Source of the DNA: Phoronis australis
Taxonomy: Eukaryota > Animalia > Phoronida
Direction: 5' to 3'
Length of the DNA stretch: 64,000 bases
NCBI GenBank assembly: GCA_002633005.1
Contig: NMRA01000011.1
Coordinates: forward strand, 1,771,275 to 1,835,274
Of this stretch, positions 25,009-36,480 are shown one piece after another. The position numbers and the translations under genes were made by a program. Under the pieces are notes generated by a model. It did no database searches. It was given only the letters and a program-made list of their open reading frames with translations, and had not been told where the DNA came from. Each line of letters opens with the position of its first letter. Position 1 is the stretch's first letter.

Positions 25009-26490
25009 CATTCTACACTCGCATGCGAGTTGTTAACATCGCGAGGATAATTATTCTTTCTGCTTCTATTAGTTAAAAACTTCATAAGCCGGATTTAAAA
25101 GAAGTTAGTTTAATCGATACTTAAGACCAAATAATATATGTATGCTCATTCAAAAAATTCCAAATTTTTCCAACTTAACTGAATTTGATAGGATTTTTTA
25201 ATTTACTTTTTATTTTTGGTTGAGTATCACCTCCTGAAATGGTCGCCGTATAGATTGACAGATGACTCATGCATTATGGGTACTCACTCAAGGGCTGTCA
25301 ATAGGTTATGAGGTTTCCGCTGAAACCCCGCCCACTTTTTAGTTTTTAGAACTAATAGGACAATAAGGCAAAAACACACAAAGCTGAAAGTTACAAAATG
25401 TTTACATTTCATCGATATCTTTCGACTGACAAAACTCTTCCGGAGTCTAAATTGATGAATTTAGAGGAAAGAGTGTCTTTAAAGAAGCGATAGCTAATGC
25501 TGCAATTCACCTGCCCTCGTAAGAAAAGCATGTTTAATTATAGCTTTTGAATTAGAAAACGTGTTTCACAAAATTGGTTTGGACCTGTTCCTTACTCAGA
25601 TTTGGAGTGACTCTGCGTGCTTCGCCTAAATTAAACTGATGGTAGACCTTCGGGTCTTAGTACTTTACTGCCTGTTCACCGAGTGTAGGAGATAGTGGGT
25701 TAGGTTAGTTCCAAACTAGATGGCTGTCACAATTTGGTCCGACTTGGTTATCAATTAGATGGTTATTGTTACATGGTTAATACTGAGGCAAACCCCTTGT
25801 ATACTTATGCTAATGAACTTCGTTTTTCATGCTCGGGTTGCCAGGCACGCTATTGCTGTTACACACGTGTTGCTTGACGCAGTCTACCAGTGATTTGGGT
25901 GTAGTGCAGTTGTGTTTTGCTACGCTCTTTATCTCATGTTTGTGGCACATGGTGCTCATGCCAGTTAAAATGAGTGGGAACAGTAAATGCGATTTATACT
26001 GAAGATTCTCTAGAACTGGTAGCCTACTTGTAATACGACATGTCAGTCGGTTTGTTACGTGCAGCCGGCCTTTATACATGTACATGTAGGTTCCTTCTGA
26101 TTGTGATTCGAAAGTGTATTTATGCTGTTGTTTGTTATGTAGGGTCGTTTGACTTACTTGATTATTGAACCTGTGAAATTTCCAGATGACACTTGTGTTT
26201 TGTCATGACGCTACTGAACCGTGAGTGGTGACTGGTCAAGCTCAAGCAAGGCTGGGGAATGAGTAACAGTCAAGCCAAAGCAGTGAACAGTCGATAAGAG
26301 CTGACAAGCTGTTAGTTGTGGCGCTGTGCTAGCGCTTCAAGAGACATCAATGAACTGTGATAACTTTTTGTGTCAGTTTAGGATCTATTTTTAAGCGGCC
26401 TTGACATTTTGTTTGGAAGTACCGAAAGTATAAATATTGTGTTTATCTTTTTCAATGAGGCGTGGAAATATGTGGCGAACATTTGGTCTG

Positions 26491-26761
26491 GCCAACACGC
26501 CATCTTTTTTGGTCACATCACGTGACCTAATGAATATCAGTCCGAAAGATATCTACCCCCGACCGGGACTCGAACCCAGGACCTTGTGCTAACCTTGATC
26601 AAGGGTAAGATGCCACGACTAAGTCTGATTGGATTTCTGTGCTACATCAGTGGCCCCCATGGCTCAGTGGCTAGAGCGTCTGCACGGTGGGCAGGTATCT
26701 TTTCGGACTTGTATCAAGTTCATTAGGTCACTTGATGTGACCAAAAAGATGTCGTGCTGAC
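26491..26761. mobile_element. Palindromic MITE-like element built from two divergent tRNA-derived heads
   Basis: ~65-bp TIRs; B box on - (26566-26576); A box TGGCTCAGTGG on + (26660-26670). Confidence 0.75.
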
Positions 26762-27057
26762 GAGAATGCAGAACAAAATTCCGTTAACAACTGATGTCAC
26801 TAGAGTTTTAAAAAACTATAGAAATATAGAATTTACTATTATTAAAATCAACGGTACATTAGAATATCGCAACGAAAAATGCATGGAATTTAGTTCAACT
26901 ATAACGCTGGTAAATGTTTATGTGTGTTTATGTAAGTTTGTATTGTAATTGACAATCTGATATAATGAATGTTTGAAAAAAAAACTAAAAAAATTCGAGT
27001 CAACACTCACTGCTATGAGTTTATGCGTATTGTGTTTGTGGAATATTTGATTTATAC

Positions 27058-27200
27058 TTAAAGGAGCATGCCACCCAAAAAAACAACCTAATTTGTGTCA
27101 GTTTAGATCGAGTAGTTCTACTCCATAACGGCACGCACATGTGCGGTTGCGTTAAATGACACCGGAGGGCAGACGGAGGTGTTGAAATTATCCAATGACG
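27058..27200 (+). mobile_element. Probable Kolobok-type terminus (other end not found)
   Basis: TTAA followed by aggagcatgccacccaaa, similar to the terminus at 34729. Confidence 0.4.
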
Positions 27201-30084
27201 TAATTGGTTTCACAAGCAGTTTGTTCAGCAGTTCACAACCACTGGTTACTGGTGTCAGCTTATCGCTGGAATTCATCGTTTAACATCAATAACTCATCAA
27301 ACTTCGATGCAAAACCTTTAAAAATACACCGAGTTCTTATAAAAACGTGTTGTTTTATTTGCTGTTACGGATTTATTGGTATTTGGCTAATAAGGTCCGT
27401 AGTAGGAGTTTGGGGTCTGTTCGTAGATAAATTCGAAGTATTTCCCGTGACATACAGACAGGAGAACCCAGATCTGTGTTGTTTATACTTGTGATTTTTT
27501 GAATTCTAAACACACGAAACGTTCGTTATCCTGGCCAGTGGGTCGGAGCTCGATCACGCCCGTCTCGGCCGGCTGGATTGACTCGTTATCCCGGCCAGTG
27601 GCTCGGAAACTGATCACACATCACGAACATAAACCAGCCAAAGTTGGAAACTAAACTTCCAGTCAAGAAAATACTATATTAGTGAACCAAAGTAATGCGC
27701 ACGTGATTATGTTGGTGAATTACCCACGAAACTGCAAATCCACTTACTCGTCGGGAGCCGCGAATTTAGAGTCCTTCTCTCAAACTGCCCATGTGGTTCC
27801 AGTATCCGAAAATACTTACTACATAAAATCTTATTTCGACACCCTTTCTTTATATTCTTTTCGCCTTTCTTGCCAAAAGCGATTTTTGAACAGTAGTTGA
27901 CCCTTCTCTGTGAGCGTATAATTACCGGCTGTCATCGGTTACTTCCGAACCCACATTTCCGGCTCATCAGTTCAGGAACTTTTCCTGAACGCCGCCATTT
28001 TTTCTTGTAACTGAATGTGCTATGGCTTGCTCGAAAAGTCTTCATTATTTTGTTTTATTAGTAATATCTCGTGATTCGTTTGCATATTTAGTGTATTTAT
28101 AGTTTGTAGTTAGTGGTCGTTGATTTTTTTTGGAATGTTACGCGTACTTAGTATGTTAAAATAGCATTGGTGTTTAGTTCCTTACGTAGGCCGGTCGAAC
28201 CTAGGAACCAAATATGGGTCGAACCAATTTTTTTCGGTTTTATTTTTTTCTCGTTTTGAAAAAGTACTTTGCTATCATCGGAAAGGTAATGCATTCTACT
28301 CAGTAAAAATCGAAAAAGTATCAAAATCGGGGCAAGCAGTGTAAAGTTATTGCAAGTTTTGTGGCGAAATTCAAGTTTGGGTCACTTTTTTTGGATCGCG
28401 TCGGCCATATTGGAGGACAGCGGGATACGTTACGAGTTTAAAACTTTGTGTAAATTGTTTTCGCGAACAAATTACGGCGAAATTTAGTTTGACATATCTT
28501 TACTTACTATTCTGCACGATTTAACAGTGTTCACCAAATTTCAGCCTCGCAGTTGTTAGGCCTACTCATTAAGTGATAAATGTCACAATTCCCGTTGGAC
28601 TTCGTCTCATTTCTGGCGGCGCCGACAACATGGCGAATTTTGCTGAACTGAAAGGCACGTTCAATCGGATACTTTGTAATTTGTGGAGATTTATCGTTGA
28701 TACATTTTGACAGACGTTGGTAAAAAAAAGAAACTTTGTTCAATTTTCGTGTTTTTTGTGCAAAAATATAAGATATATTCGAATTATTTTACTGTAAATT
28801 TCCCATTCAGATGATCTTACACTAAGCTAAAAAAATAGTTGAAATAATTTTGAAATGTTTTTTTGTTTGACTGTCAACTGCTGTTCAAGACTTGATTTGG
28901 TGTCACAAAATGATTCATATTTTCAAAATTTTAAGTCTCAATTGCTTTCAAGTCATGTTTTGTAACTTATTGCTTCTTATTTCAGGTTATCAAGTCAACA
29001 ATATGAATAATCTGAATATGAGAAATAAGATATGTTGGATTGTGAAGCTTCAAGCCTCTAATTCTTGTTCCTTGCAACTTCATATTTTTTTAAATGATGC
29101 TTGTTGAATTCTGGTGTAAGGAAACACTATGGTAATAATAACATGTATGTCCACTTTCATATCATGGAAACTGTTGCTGTTGAGCAGTGTTTGTAAGGCT
29201 AAAAGTTGTAAAGTATTGTGCATTTTAAGTTACTTATTATGTTAAAAGGTTGAATCATTTTGGCTTAATGAATAAAAAATGATAACATGTTGTATTGGAC
29301 TTGTCATACTCATGTGCTCGAACGAGCCCCCTTTTTGGAGAACTGGAAAAAGGTCTGCCTCAGTCACAGAAGCATGAATTCCAAACAAACTAGAAAATGA
29401 GACAATATTCCACTAGAAGACAGAAAGTACCAAAATTTAGAGTCTGCAATTCATAGCTCTGAACATACCCACTGAATCTTATAGTAGAAGATAGACATTC
29501 CCAAAATTTCCAGCCCCCCATTGTTTTAGGCTTGGTGCGCTCATACAAAGTCTGGGAAAATCTCTATTGAAAGCCAACAACTTTGCACAGTTCTCCAGAA
29601 CTACCAAGTTCTAAATAATCCTCGTTTGAGCGAGCGCTGTGGCCAGCGACCAGTTACATGTAGGTCTAAGGGTAGCCTTGGCGCAAAGCTGTATAGGCCT
29701 ACTAACAAGCTGTATTCACTGGTAGCTGGTGACTGGGGCTAACTAAGGTCTGCCGCGGCAGTGTGACACGGGACTAACCCAGCAGCCCCTAATTTCATGC
29801 AAGTGTCTGAAACTACCCTTGAATATATGCAGCATTTATGATGTGACCATTTTACTTCTACAAAACATCTTGCAACCGCATGCATTTACCGTTCGCCAGT
29901 GTCTGATCTCGATCCACACCGGGTCCGATAGGCTGCGGTCCCGAGTCTGGCAAAATAATTTGTCAAAAAATTTTCGCCACATTTCTTCAGCAAATTCGAT
30001 AAAATTGTCCGTAGTTTGATTTTATTAAAATTAAGGCGTGCTGTCGATTATTTTATCCCCGTTTGCTTGCTGGTAACAGTACAG

Positions 30085-30296
30085 GCACTGCTCCAGTCGC
30101 ACTGACGGCGTTTTCTCGGCCTGGGTTCCTGAATGAATTGTACTTCCGGGTTCGCGGCAAGTTCAAAATGGCGGTGTTTCTTCGGGTGCGAATCGTGAGT
30201 GGCGCGTTCATTTAAACTTTTTTCGAGTACGGCGCTTGTATTAGTTATAGAGTAATTTCTTGGATCCTTATAACATCCTCTAACCATGTAATAAGG
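30085..30296 (+). pseudogene. Possible decayed TMEM272-like TM1 exon
   Basis: tacag acceptor, gtgagc donor. Phase-1 frame open to TAA 30213; shifted frame reads KLFSSTALVLVIE*FLGSL*HPLTM..G, resembling the family FLG.L..P..M...G stretch. Needs two frameshifts. Confidence 0.4.
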
Positions 30297-30376
30297 GTGA
30301 GCAACGCGTGAGAGAAGGACTTTAGGTTCCGCTTTGGCCACAGCACCGCCAGGGCAGAAGTTGTACATTGGCAATC

Positions 30377-33300
30377 ATTATTACTCTACGCGTGCAAGCG
30401 CAGAGTACTGTTGTTCCTGGGTTTTCTTCAATTTTATTCTTATTCTTATTATTATTATTATTCTGCGCGTGCAAGCGCAGAGTACTGTTGTTCCTGGGTT
30501 TTCTTCAATTTTATTCTTATTCTTATTCTTATTACTCTGCGCGTGCAAGCGCAGAGAACTGTTGTTCCTGGGTTTTCTTCAATTTTATTCTTATTCTTCT
30601 TATTCTTCTTCCGACCAACTTTGAGGCTTAATAACTCAAAATTGAGTGCAGGCACGATCTTTAACTTCAGCACATGATTTTTGACAGTACATAAATTTTG
30701 ATTCGTTATATAATCATATTCCATAATGCACCGGAAGGGGTCGTTTGGTGCAAAGGTCATATAATTTTCAAAATGCCACTCCTCCTTCAGTTTTAAAGCT
30801 ACCTTTTCCACATTCGGTGCATGAAAATTAAAAAAATTGCTTTTCTACGTAATCGAATCATCCAATCAGATAAAACAGGTCAAAGGTCATTAGGTGCAAA
30901 ATAAAATTTTGAGCTTAAGTCTTCAAATTCACAAGTCTGATTGGCACAGGTAATTCAATTCGAAATCCAAAGTTTCAGGTCATTTAGTGCAACCATGGGG
31001 TCATTAGGTGCATTTTTAGTCAGAAAATTTGTCCTTTTCATTCACCAAGTATCCTGTTAGACAACTCTGATTCTCAGCAATAAATATACTTTTCACGGAC
31101 TTTGCAGTCAATAAGTGCAAAGGTCACCTACTCTTGACAAGGTTAATCTTCATATATTTTTCAAGGAATTCTCTTCAATTTCAGCACATTGATGTAAACC
31201 CACATGTCAATGCAATACCCTACTTTACTAAGCAATGGGGCCACCCAATCAGAGAAAATAGGTCAAAGGTCATTGAGTGCAAACTAAAATTTTGAGCTAG
31301 ACACTCCAAATTCACAAGTCTGATTGGTACGTCTAATTCAATTCGAAATACAAAGTTTCAGGTCATTTAGTGCAACCATGGGGGTAATTAGGTGCATTTT
31401 TCTTCTGAAAATTTGTCCCTTTCATTCACCAAGAATTCTGATGTGTCATCCGTTAGACATCTGTGATTCTCAGCATTATACACACTTCTCATGGGCTTTG
31501 CAATAATTCTCCTCAAGATGCTTATAATGCACCGGATATGGTCAATTAGTGCAAAGGTCATATAACGTTCAAAATCCCCGCCATTTTTCAAGGAAATCTT
31601 TTCAAGTTCAGCACACTGGTTTTACTTACCATGCCAATCGAAAGCCCTATTTTACTTCACAATATGCCTAACCAATCAGAAAATTAGGTCGAAGGTCATT
31701 GAGTGCAAACTAAAATTTTGAGCTAGAGACTTCAAAATTACATATCTGTTTAGTTAATGTAATTGAGTTTGAATTCTAAATTATCATGTCATTTGGTGCA
31801 CCCATGAGGTCATAAGGTGCATTTTTCTTCTGAAACTTTGACCAATTCATTCATGTTGTATTCTGAAGTGCTTAAAGTAAAACATTTGTGATTATTAGCA
31901 TTAACCACATTTTAATCGAGTTAACAATTACTCCATCATCGGGGCTCATAATGCGGCGAAAGAGGTCAATTTGTGGAAAGGTAATCAAAATATTAACATG
32001 TAATTTTTCCTACAATTTTAAAGAATTCCTTTTCAAATATTCCTTTTGAAATTGGTAAACGGGTTACTGACAGTAACTTCCCATAAAAATTCCTTTAATA
32101 CGCACGCGCAGAGTCCATTATTGTCACACCGTGACAATAATCTTTTTAGTTCTTCTTATTCTTCTTCCGACCAACTTTGAGTTTTAATAACTCCAAATTG
32201 GGTGCAGCTACGTTCTTTAAATTCCGCATAACATTTTTGACAGCACATAAATTTTGATTCGTTATGTAATCATATTCCATAGTGCACCGGAAGAGGTCAT
32301 TTGGTGCAAAGGTCAAATAATTTTCAAAATGCTACTCCTTCGTTAACTGAAAAGCTATTCTTTTTAAGTTCAGTACACAGGTATAAGTCAATAAGGCAAT
32401 TTGAAAAAAAATACTTTTTTAAGTAATCGGGTCATCCAATCAGGTTAAACAGGTCAAAGGCCATTAGGTGGAAACTGAAATTTTGAGCTAGACTCCTCAA
32501 ATTTACTGGTATGATTGGCACAGGTAATTCAATTCGGAATCTAAAGTTTCAGGTCATTTAGTGCAATCATGGGGTCATTTGGTGCATTTTTCTTCTGAAA
32601 ATTTGACCTTTTTTCATTCACCAAGTATTCTGATGTGTCAACTGTTAGACAACTGTGATTCTCAGTATTAAACACATTTTTCATGGACTTTGCAATATTT
32701 CTCCTCAAGACGCTTATAATGCACCGGATAGGGTCAATTGCCAGTGACCTATCGCCAAGATCCTGGGTGACTGCTTAAGTGACCAATCAGAACGTAGCAT
32801 TGTTGACATACCATCGTTTCCAAGCCGCCATTTTAACCGACAAACAAAACGTTGCCGGGTAAAACTTATTGTTTGTTTGTCGACATTACGCAAGGGGCGG
32901 GGCTTGCGATAGGTCAATTAGTGTAAAATTCATCTAACGTTCAAAATGTTACATCTCACGTTTTTCAAGGAATTCTTTTCAATTTCACCACACTGGGGTA
33001 AGTCAACATGCCAATTGAACACCCTATTTTATTACGCAATAGGCATAACCAATCAGAAGAAATACTTCGAAGGTCATTGAGTGCAAACTAAAACTTTGAG
33101 CTAGACACTTCAAATTCACAAGTCTGATTTGTACTTCTAATTCAATTTCAATTACGAAGTTTCAGGTCATTTAGTGCAACCATTGTGTCATTAGGTGCAT
33201 TTTTCTTCTGAAAATTTGTCCTTTTCATTCACCAAGTAGTCTGATGTGTCAACCGTTAGACAGATTCTCAGCATTAAATATCCTTTTCACGGGCTTGTAT

Positions 33301-34361
33301 TGCATTGGATAGTGTCAATTAGTGCAAAGGTCATATACTTTTGAAAATTTTATTTCTTCTACATTTTTCAAGTAATTCTCTACAATTTTACAATTTTTTA
33401 GCACAATGGTGTAAACCTACATGCCAATGAAATACCCTACTTTACTAAGCAATAAGGTCATCCAGTCAGAGAAAGTAGTTCGAAGGTCATTGAGTGCAAA
33501 CTAAAATTTTGAGCTAGACACTTCAAATTCACAAATCTGATTGGTACGTCTAATTCAATTTGAAATACGAAGTTTCAGGTCATTTAAAGCAACCATGGGG
33601 TGATTATGTGCATTTGTCGTCTGAAAATTTGTCCTTTTCATTCACCAAGTATTCTGGTGTGTCAACCGTTAGACAACTGTTTTTCTCAGCATTAAACACA
33701 CTCTTCAGGGGCTTTGCAATAATTCTCCTCAAGACGCTTATAATGCACCGCATAGGGTCAATTAGTGCAAAGGTCATTTAACAATCAAAATCATACATCC
33801 TCTACATTTTTCAAGAAATTCTTTTCAAGTTCAGCACACTGGTGTAAGTCACCATGACAATCGAACGTCCTAGTTTAGTATGCAAAAGGCCTAACCAATC
33901 AGAAAAATAGGTCAAAAGTGATTGAGTGTAAACTAAAATTTTGTGCTACAGACTTCAAAATTACATAACTGTTTAGTAAAGTGCGATTGAGTTTGATTTC
34001 TAAATTTTCAGGTCATTTGGTGCACCCATGGGGTCATCAGGTTCTCTTTTCTTCTGAAAGTTTGACCAATTCATTCATCTTGTATTCTGAAGCATTTAAA
34101 GTAAAACATCAGTGATTGTTAGCATCAACCACACTTTTAATTGAGTTTAGAAATTTTCCCTCATCGAGGCTTATAATGCACCGGAAGAGGTCAATTAGTG
34201 GAAAGGTCATTAAAATATTAACATGTAATTTCTCTTACAATTTTAAAGAATTCCTTCTCATATTGGTAAACGGGTTACTGTCAATAACTTCCCATAACAA
34301 TTTCAGTAATACGCACGCGCACTGTCCATTGTTGTCACGCCGTGACAAAAATCTTTCTAGT
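30377..34361 (+). mobile_element. Helentron-type non-autonomous (HINE/DINE-1-like) element, two tandem units with core repeats
   Basis: 5' palindrome actctgcgcgtgcaagcgcagagt (x3) + (ttcTTA)n; internal tandem cores (ccaatcag, aaggtcattgagtgca); 3' inverted gcacgcgcagagt + hairpin attgtcacaccgtgacaat + tag at ~32100-32150 and ~34310-34361. Confidence 0.75.
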
Positions 34362-34710
34362 TCACAATTGGTGTGCAATCAGCTTGGGCAGCAAATTTGC
34401 GTGTACAACGCCAAACTTGATTGAGCTCGCTCATTTGGGTTACTTAAATCAATTAATCCAAGACGTCGTTCCCGAAAAAGCAGTTTTATTGCTCTAAGTC
34501 AGAAAAGATTTACCGATGAAAATTACGAAGCACGGTGACCAGGCGGATTTTTGGACCTTGCTGACGTTTCATTCTGGGTCATAATACATGAAAATAGGTC
34601 AAGTTAAGTGGCGCTCCCGGCCAGCAAAATCGGCCAAAATATAATTCAACTCTAACGAAAACGTTTCGTAATTGAAGCATGCAGTATATCTACACTGAGA
34701 GCTAATTAAA
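34362..34710 (+). repeat. Dispersed repeat matching 3875-4200
   Basis: Colinear similarity (ttgattgagctc...cagaaaagatttaccgatgaaaattacga...cagtatatctacactgaga). Confidence 0.85.
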
Positions 34711-34724
34711 GTATTTACATAAAA

Positions 34725-35140
34725 TTAAAGGAGAATGACACACCAAATTTAATTAGATATCCACATCGCTTCTTATACGGTCGACCTCACCTAGCCGAGA
34801 GGTGTTGCGTTAACATGTGAGGAAGGTGAAAAACGAAGCAGCGACGTCAGTGGTTCGTCTGCAGAGTGAATGTCGCTATATTGCGGTGCACTGTTCCCGC
34901 TTGTCCGAACTATGAAACCGCGAAGAAAGCGGTTATACTGTTTTCTCGACTTCTTCGAGAACCCAAATTGCTTAGGGAGTGGCTCACGGTAGTGAAGAAT
35001 GAAAGGTAAGCTGTTAATAGCAAGTATGAGGCCGTGAAACATCTCCGTGTCTGTTGCCGGCATTTCGTCGACAGTGATTTCCCTGCCGCATTCCGGTTCA
35101 CCAAAGAACTATCCATATGTTCCGTTGCCTGTGCATGTTC
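34725..35140 (+). mobile_element. Kolobok-like 5' end with decayed THAP domain
   Basis: TTAA+aggagaatgacac terminus; 34887-35080 reads CTVPACPNY...LFSRLLREPKLLREWLTVVKNER*...LRVCCRHFVDSDF (THAP C2CH signature, one stop). Confidence 0.7.
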
Positions 35141-35411
35141 ACGGCGCCTCTCTAGTATTTCTTGATCAGTGTATTTCGGTTCGAACTGATAGCCTGTGAA
35201 ACCTAACGATCCGACCGTGAAGTTTTCGTCGGATGAGCTCTTAACTTAGTCGGGATTGGCGCCTGCTAGTTGCCATGTAGACGTTTATTCTTATGCGTTC
35301 TGTTTCAAAATGAATTATTCAAATCCTAACCAATGCTTATATGAAATTGAAACAAAGCCTGTCTCACTAGATAGAAAAAGTAATGCCCTGGAGTGCTCGT
35401 GAGTGCAAATG

Positions 35412-35546
35412 TTCTCAGTCGTTATCCCCCTAACCTAGAGCCCTCGTGGATTTTGTGGAATTTTCACGCCCCTCGGGCAATAATTCTCCAAAATCCACTG
35501 AGGCTCTAGATAACGGGGGACGACGACTTCGCCATGTAATAATCTG
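35412..35546. repeat. Isolated terminal hairpin of the 4764-6003 / 47311-48417 family
   Basis: ttctcagtcgttatcccc...ctagagccc..gtggatttt / aaaatccac..ggctctaga...cgacttcgccatgtaat. Confidence 0.8.
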
Positions 35547-35600
35547 TGTATATTTTTGCGATGCAACTGGAAGTATATAGATTGACTTTTCTTTCTTCAG

Positions 35601-35825
35601 GTTCTGCGTACGTCCATGATTGTGCCATCAGACCTGTTATCCCGATTAGCCTTATTTTGACTGGGCTTTTCTTTATAGGCTGTGCCTCTTTTGTGCGTTT
35701 TGTGTACCTGGAGGCTAAAAACATGACAAGTCTATCGTGTTCCTACCACTAGGGCAACATTCGAATGTGGACGATTTGGGTCGGTATTTCCTTGGCTGCT
35801 GTACTGTTCACGTGGACCATACTTG
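35601..35825 (+). pseudogene. TMEM272-like: TMEM272-like exon (TM2-TM3) with in-frame TAG at 35750; may serve as a truncated terminal exon
   Basis: ttcttcag / G|gtgag, 225 nt, phase 1-1. GSAYVHDCAIRPVIPISLILTGLFF...*GNIRMWTIWVGISLAAVLFTWTILG matches the family G..Y..DC....IP..LI..G and F.W.I.G motifs (recalled, not searched). Confidence 0.7.
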
Positions 35826-36257
35826 GTGAGAGTGCTATTTTATTTACAATTTTATGACAGAGACGATGAAGAATGGCTAATCATAATACTGTAACTTTCA
35901 CTGGATTGAAATTCAATTGGTTTATACTCGTCTTTTTTGTCCTTCATAGTACCAAAACCTATAATAACGATGGTATCTTCTTTGTCACACCAGTTCATGG
36001 ATCGTTAGGAGGGTCGTTAGTATCATGTACCATTTCGTGTTGTTTCTGTTCACTCTTGAACTTTAGATACAAGACAACAACCAGTAACAAAGTTATGGAA
36101 TGTGTTATTTTATTGTAATTTACACTATCTCGTCCATAATAGGTTTCGCAAAGAACCAGAAGCAAGCGAACGAAGAGGAAAATGGAAAACAGAAGCAAAG
36201 GGAGCAGAAACTCTGATACACAGAAGTTGTAAATATTTTTGTGCTTTGCTTTTGTAG

Positions 36258-36480
36258 GTGCGACCTGGACATTCATTAGTTTCTAATCTTACATACCAGT
36301 CAAGCTCAGGGACGTCCTTCAAAGGAAATATTGTTGATCAATAGCCCCTTAACGTCATAAATCGTTCTTACTTTTATCTACTTAGCAACTTGCTGCCCAT
36401 TACATTTGTAATTTGGAATGACTGTTTCCAAAGATTTAAAAACGTCTCCCATATTCAAAGCACTGATGTTTCTTTTAAAG
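36258..36480 (+). pseudogene. TMEM272-like: Decayed last TMEM272-like exon
   Basis: tttgtag acceptor; GATWTFISF*SYIP...KYC* then frameshifted hydrophobic SYFYLLSNLLPITFVIW; fits G..W.F...YC + TM4. Confidence 0.55.

Noticed and set aside
25405-25450. Another hammerhead-like motif on the minus strand
   Set aside because: Core reads CCGGAAGA rather than CTGANGA and the stems are unconvincing.
25829-26002. Hydrophobic frame as the TMEM272 TM1 exon
   Set aside because: No suitable splice sites and a weaker motif match than 30085-30296.
30334-30811. Hydrophobic or charged ORFs suggesting membrane proteins
   Set aside because: Translations of the (ttcTTA)n microsatellite and triplicated head of the Helentron-type element.
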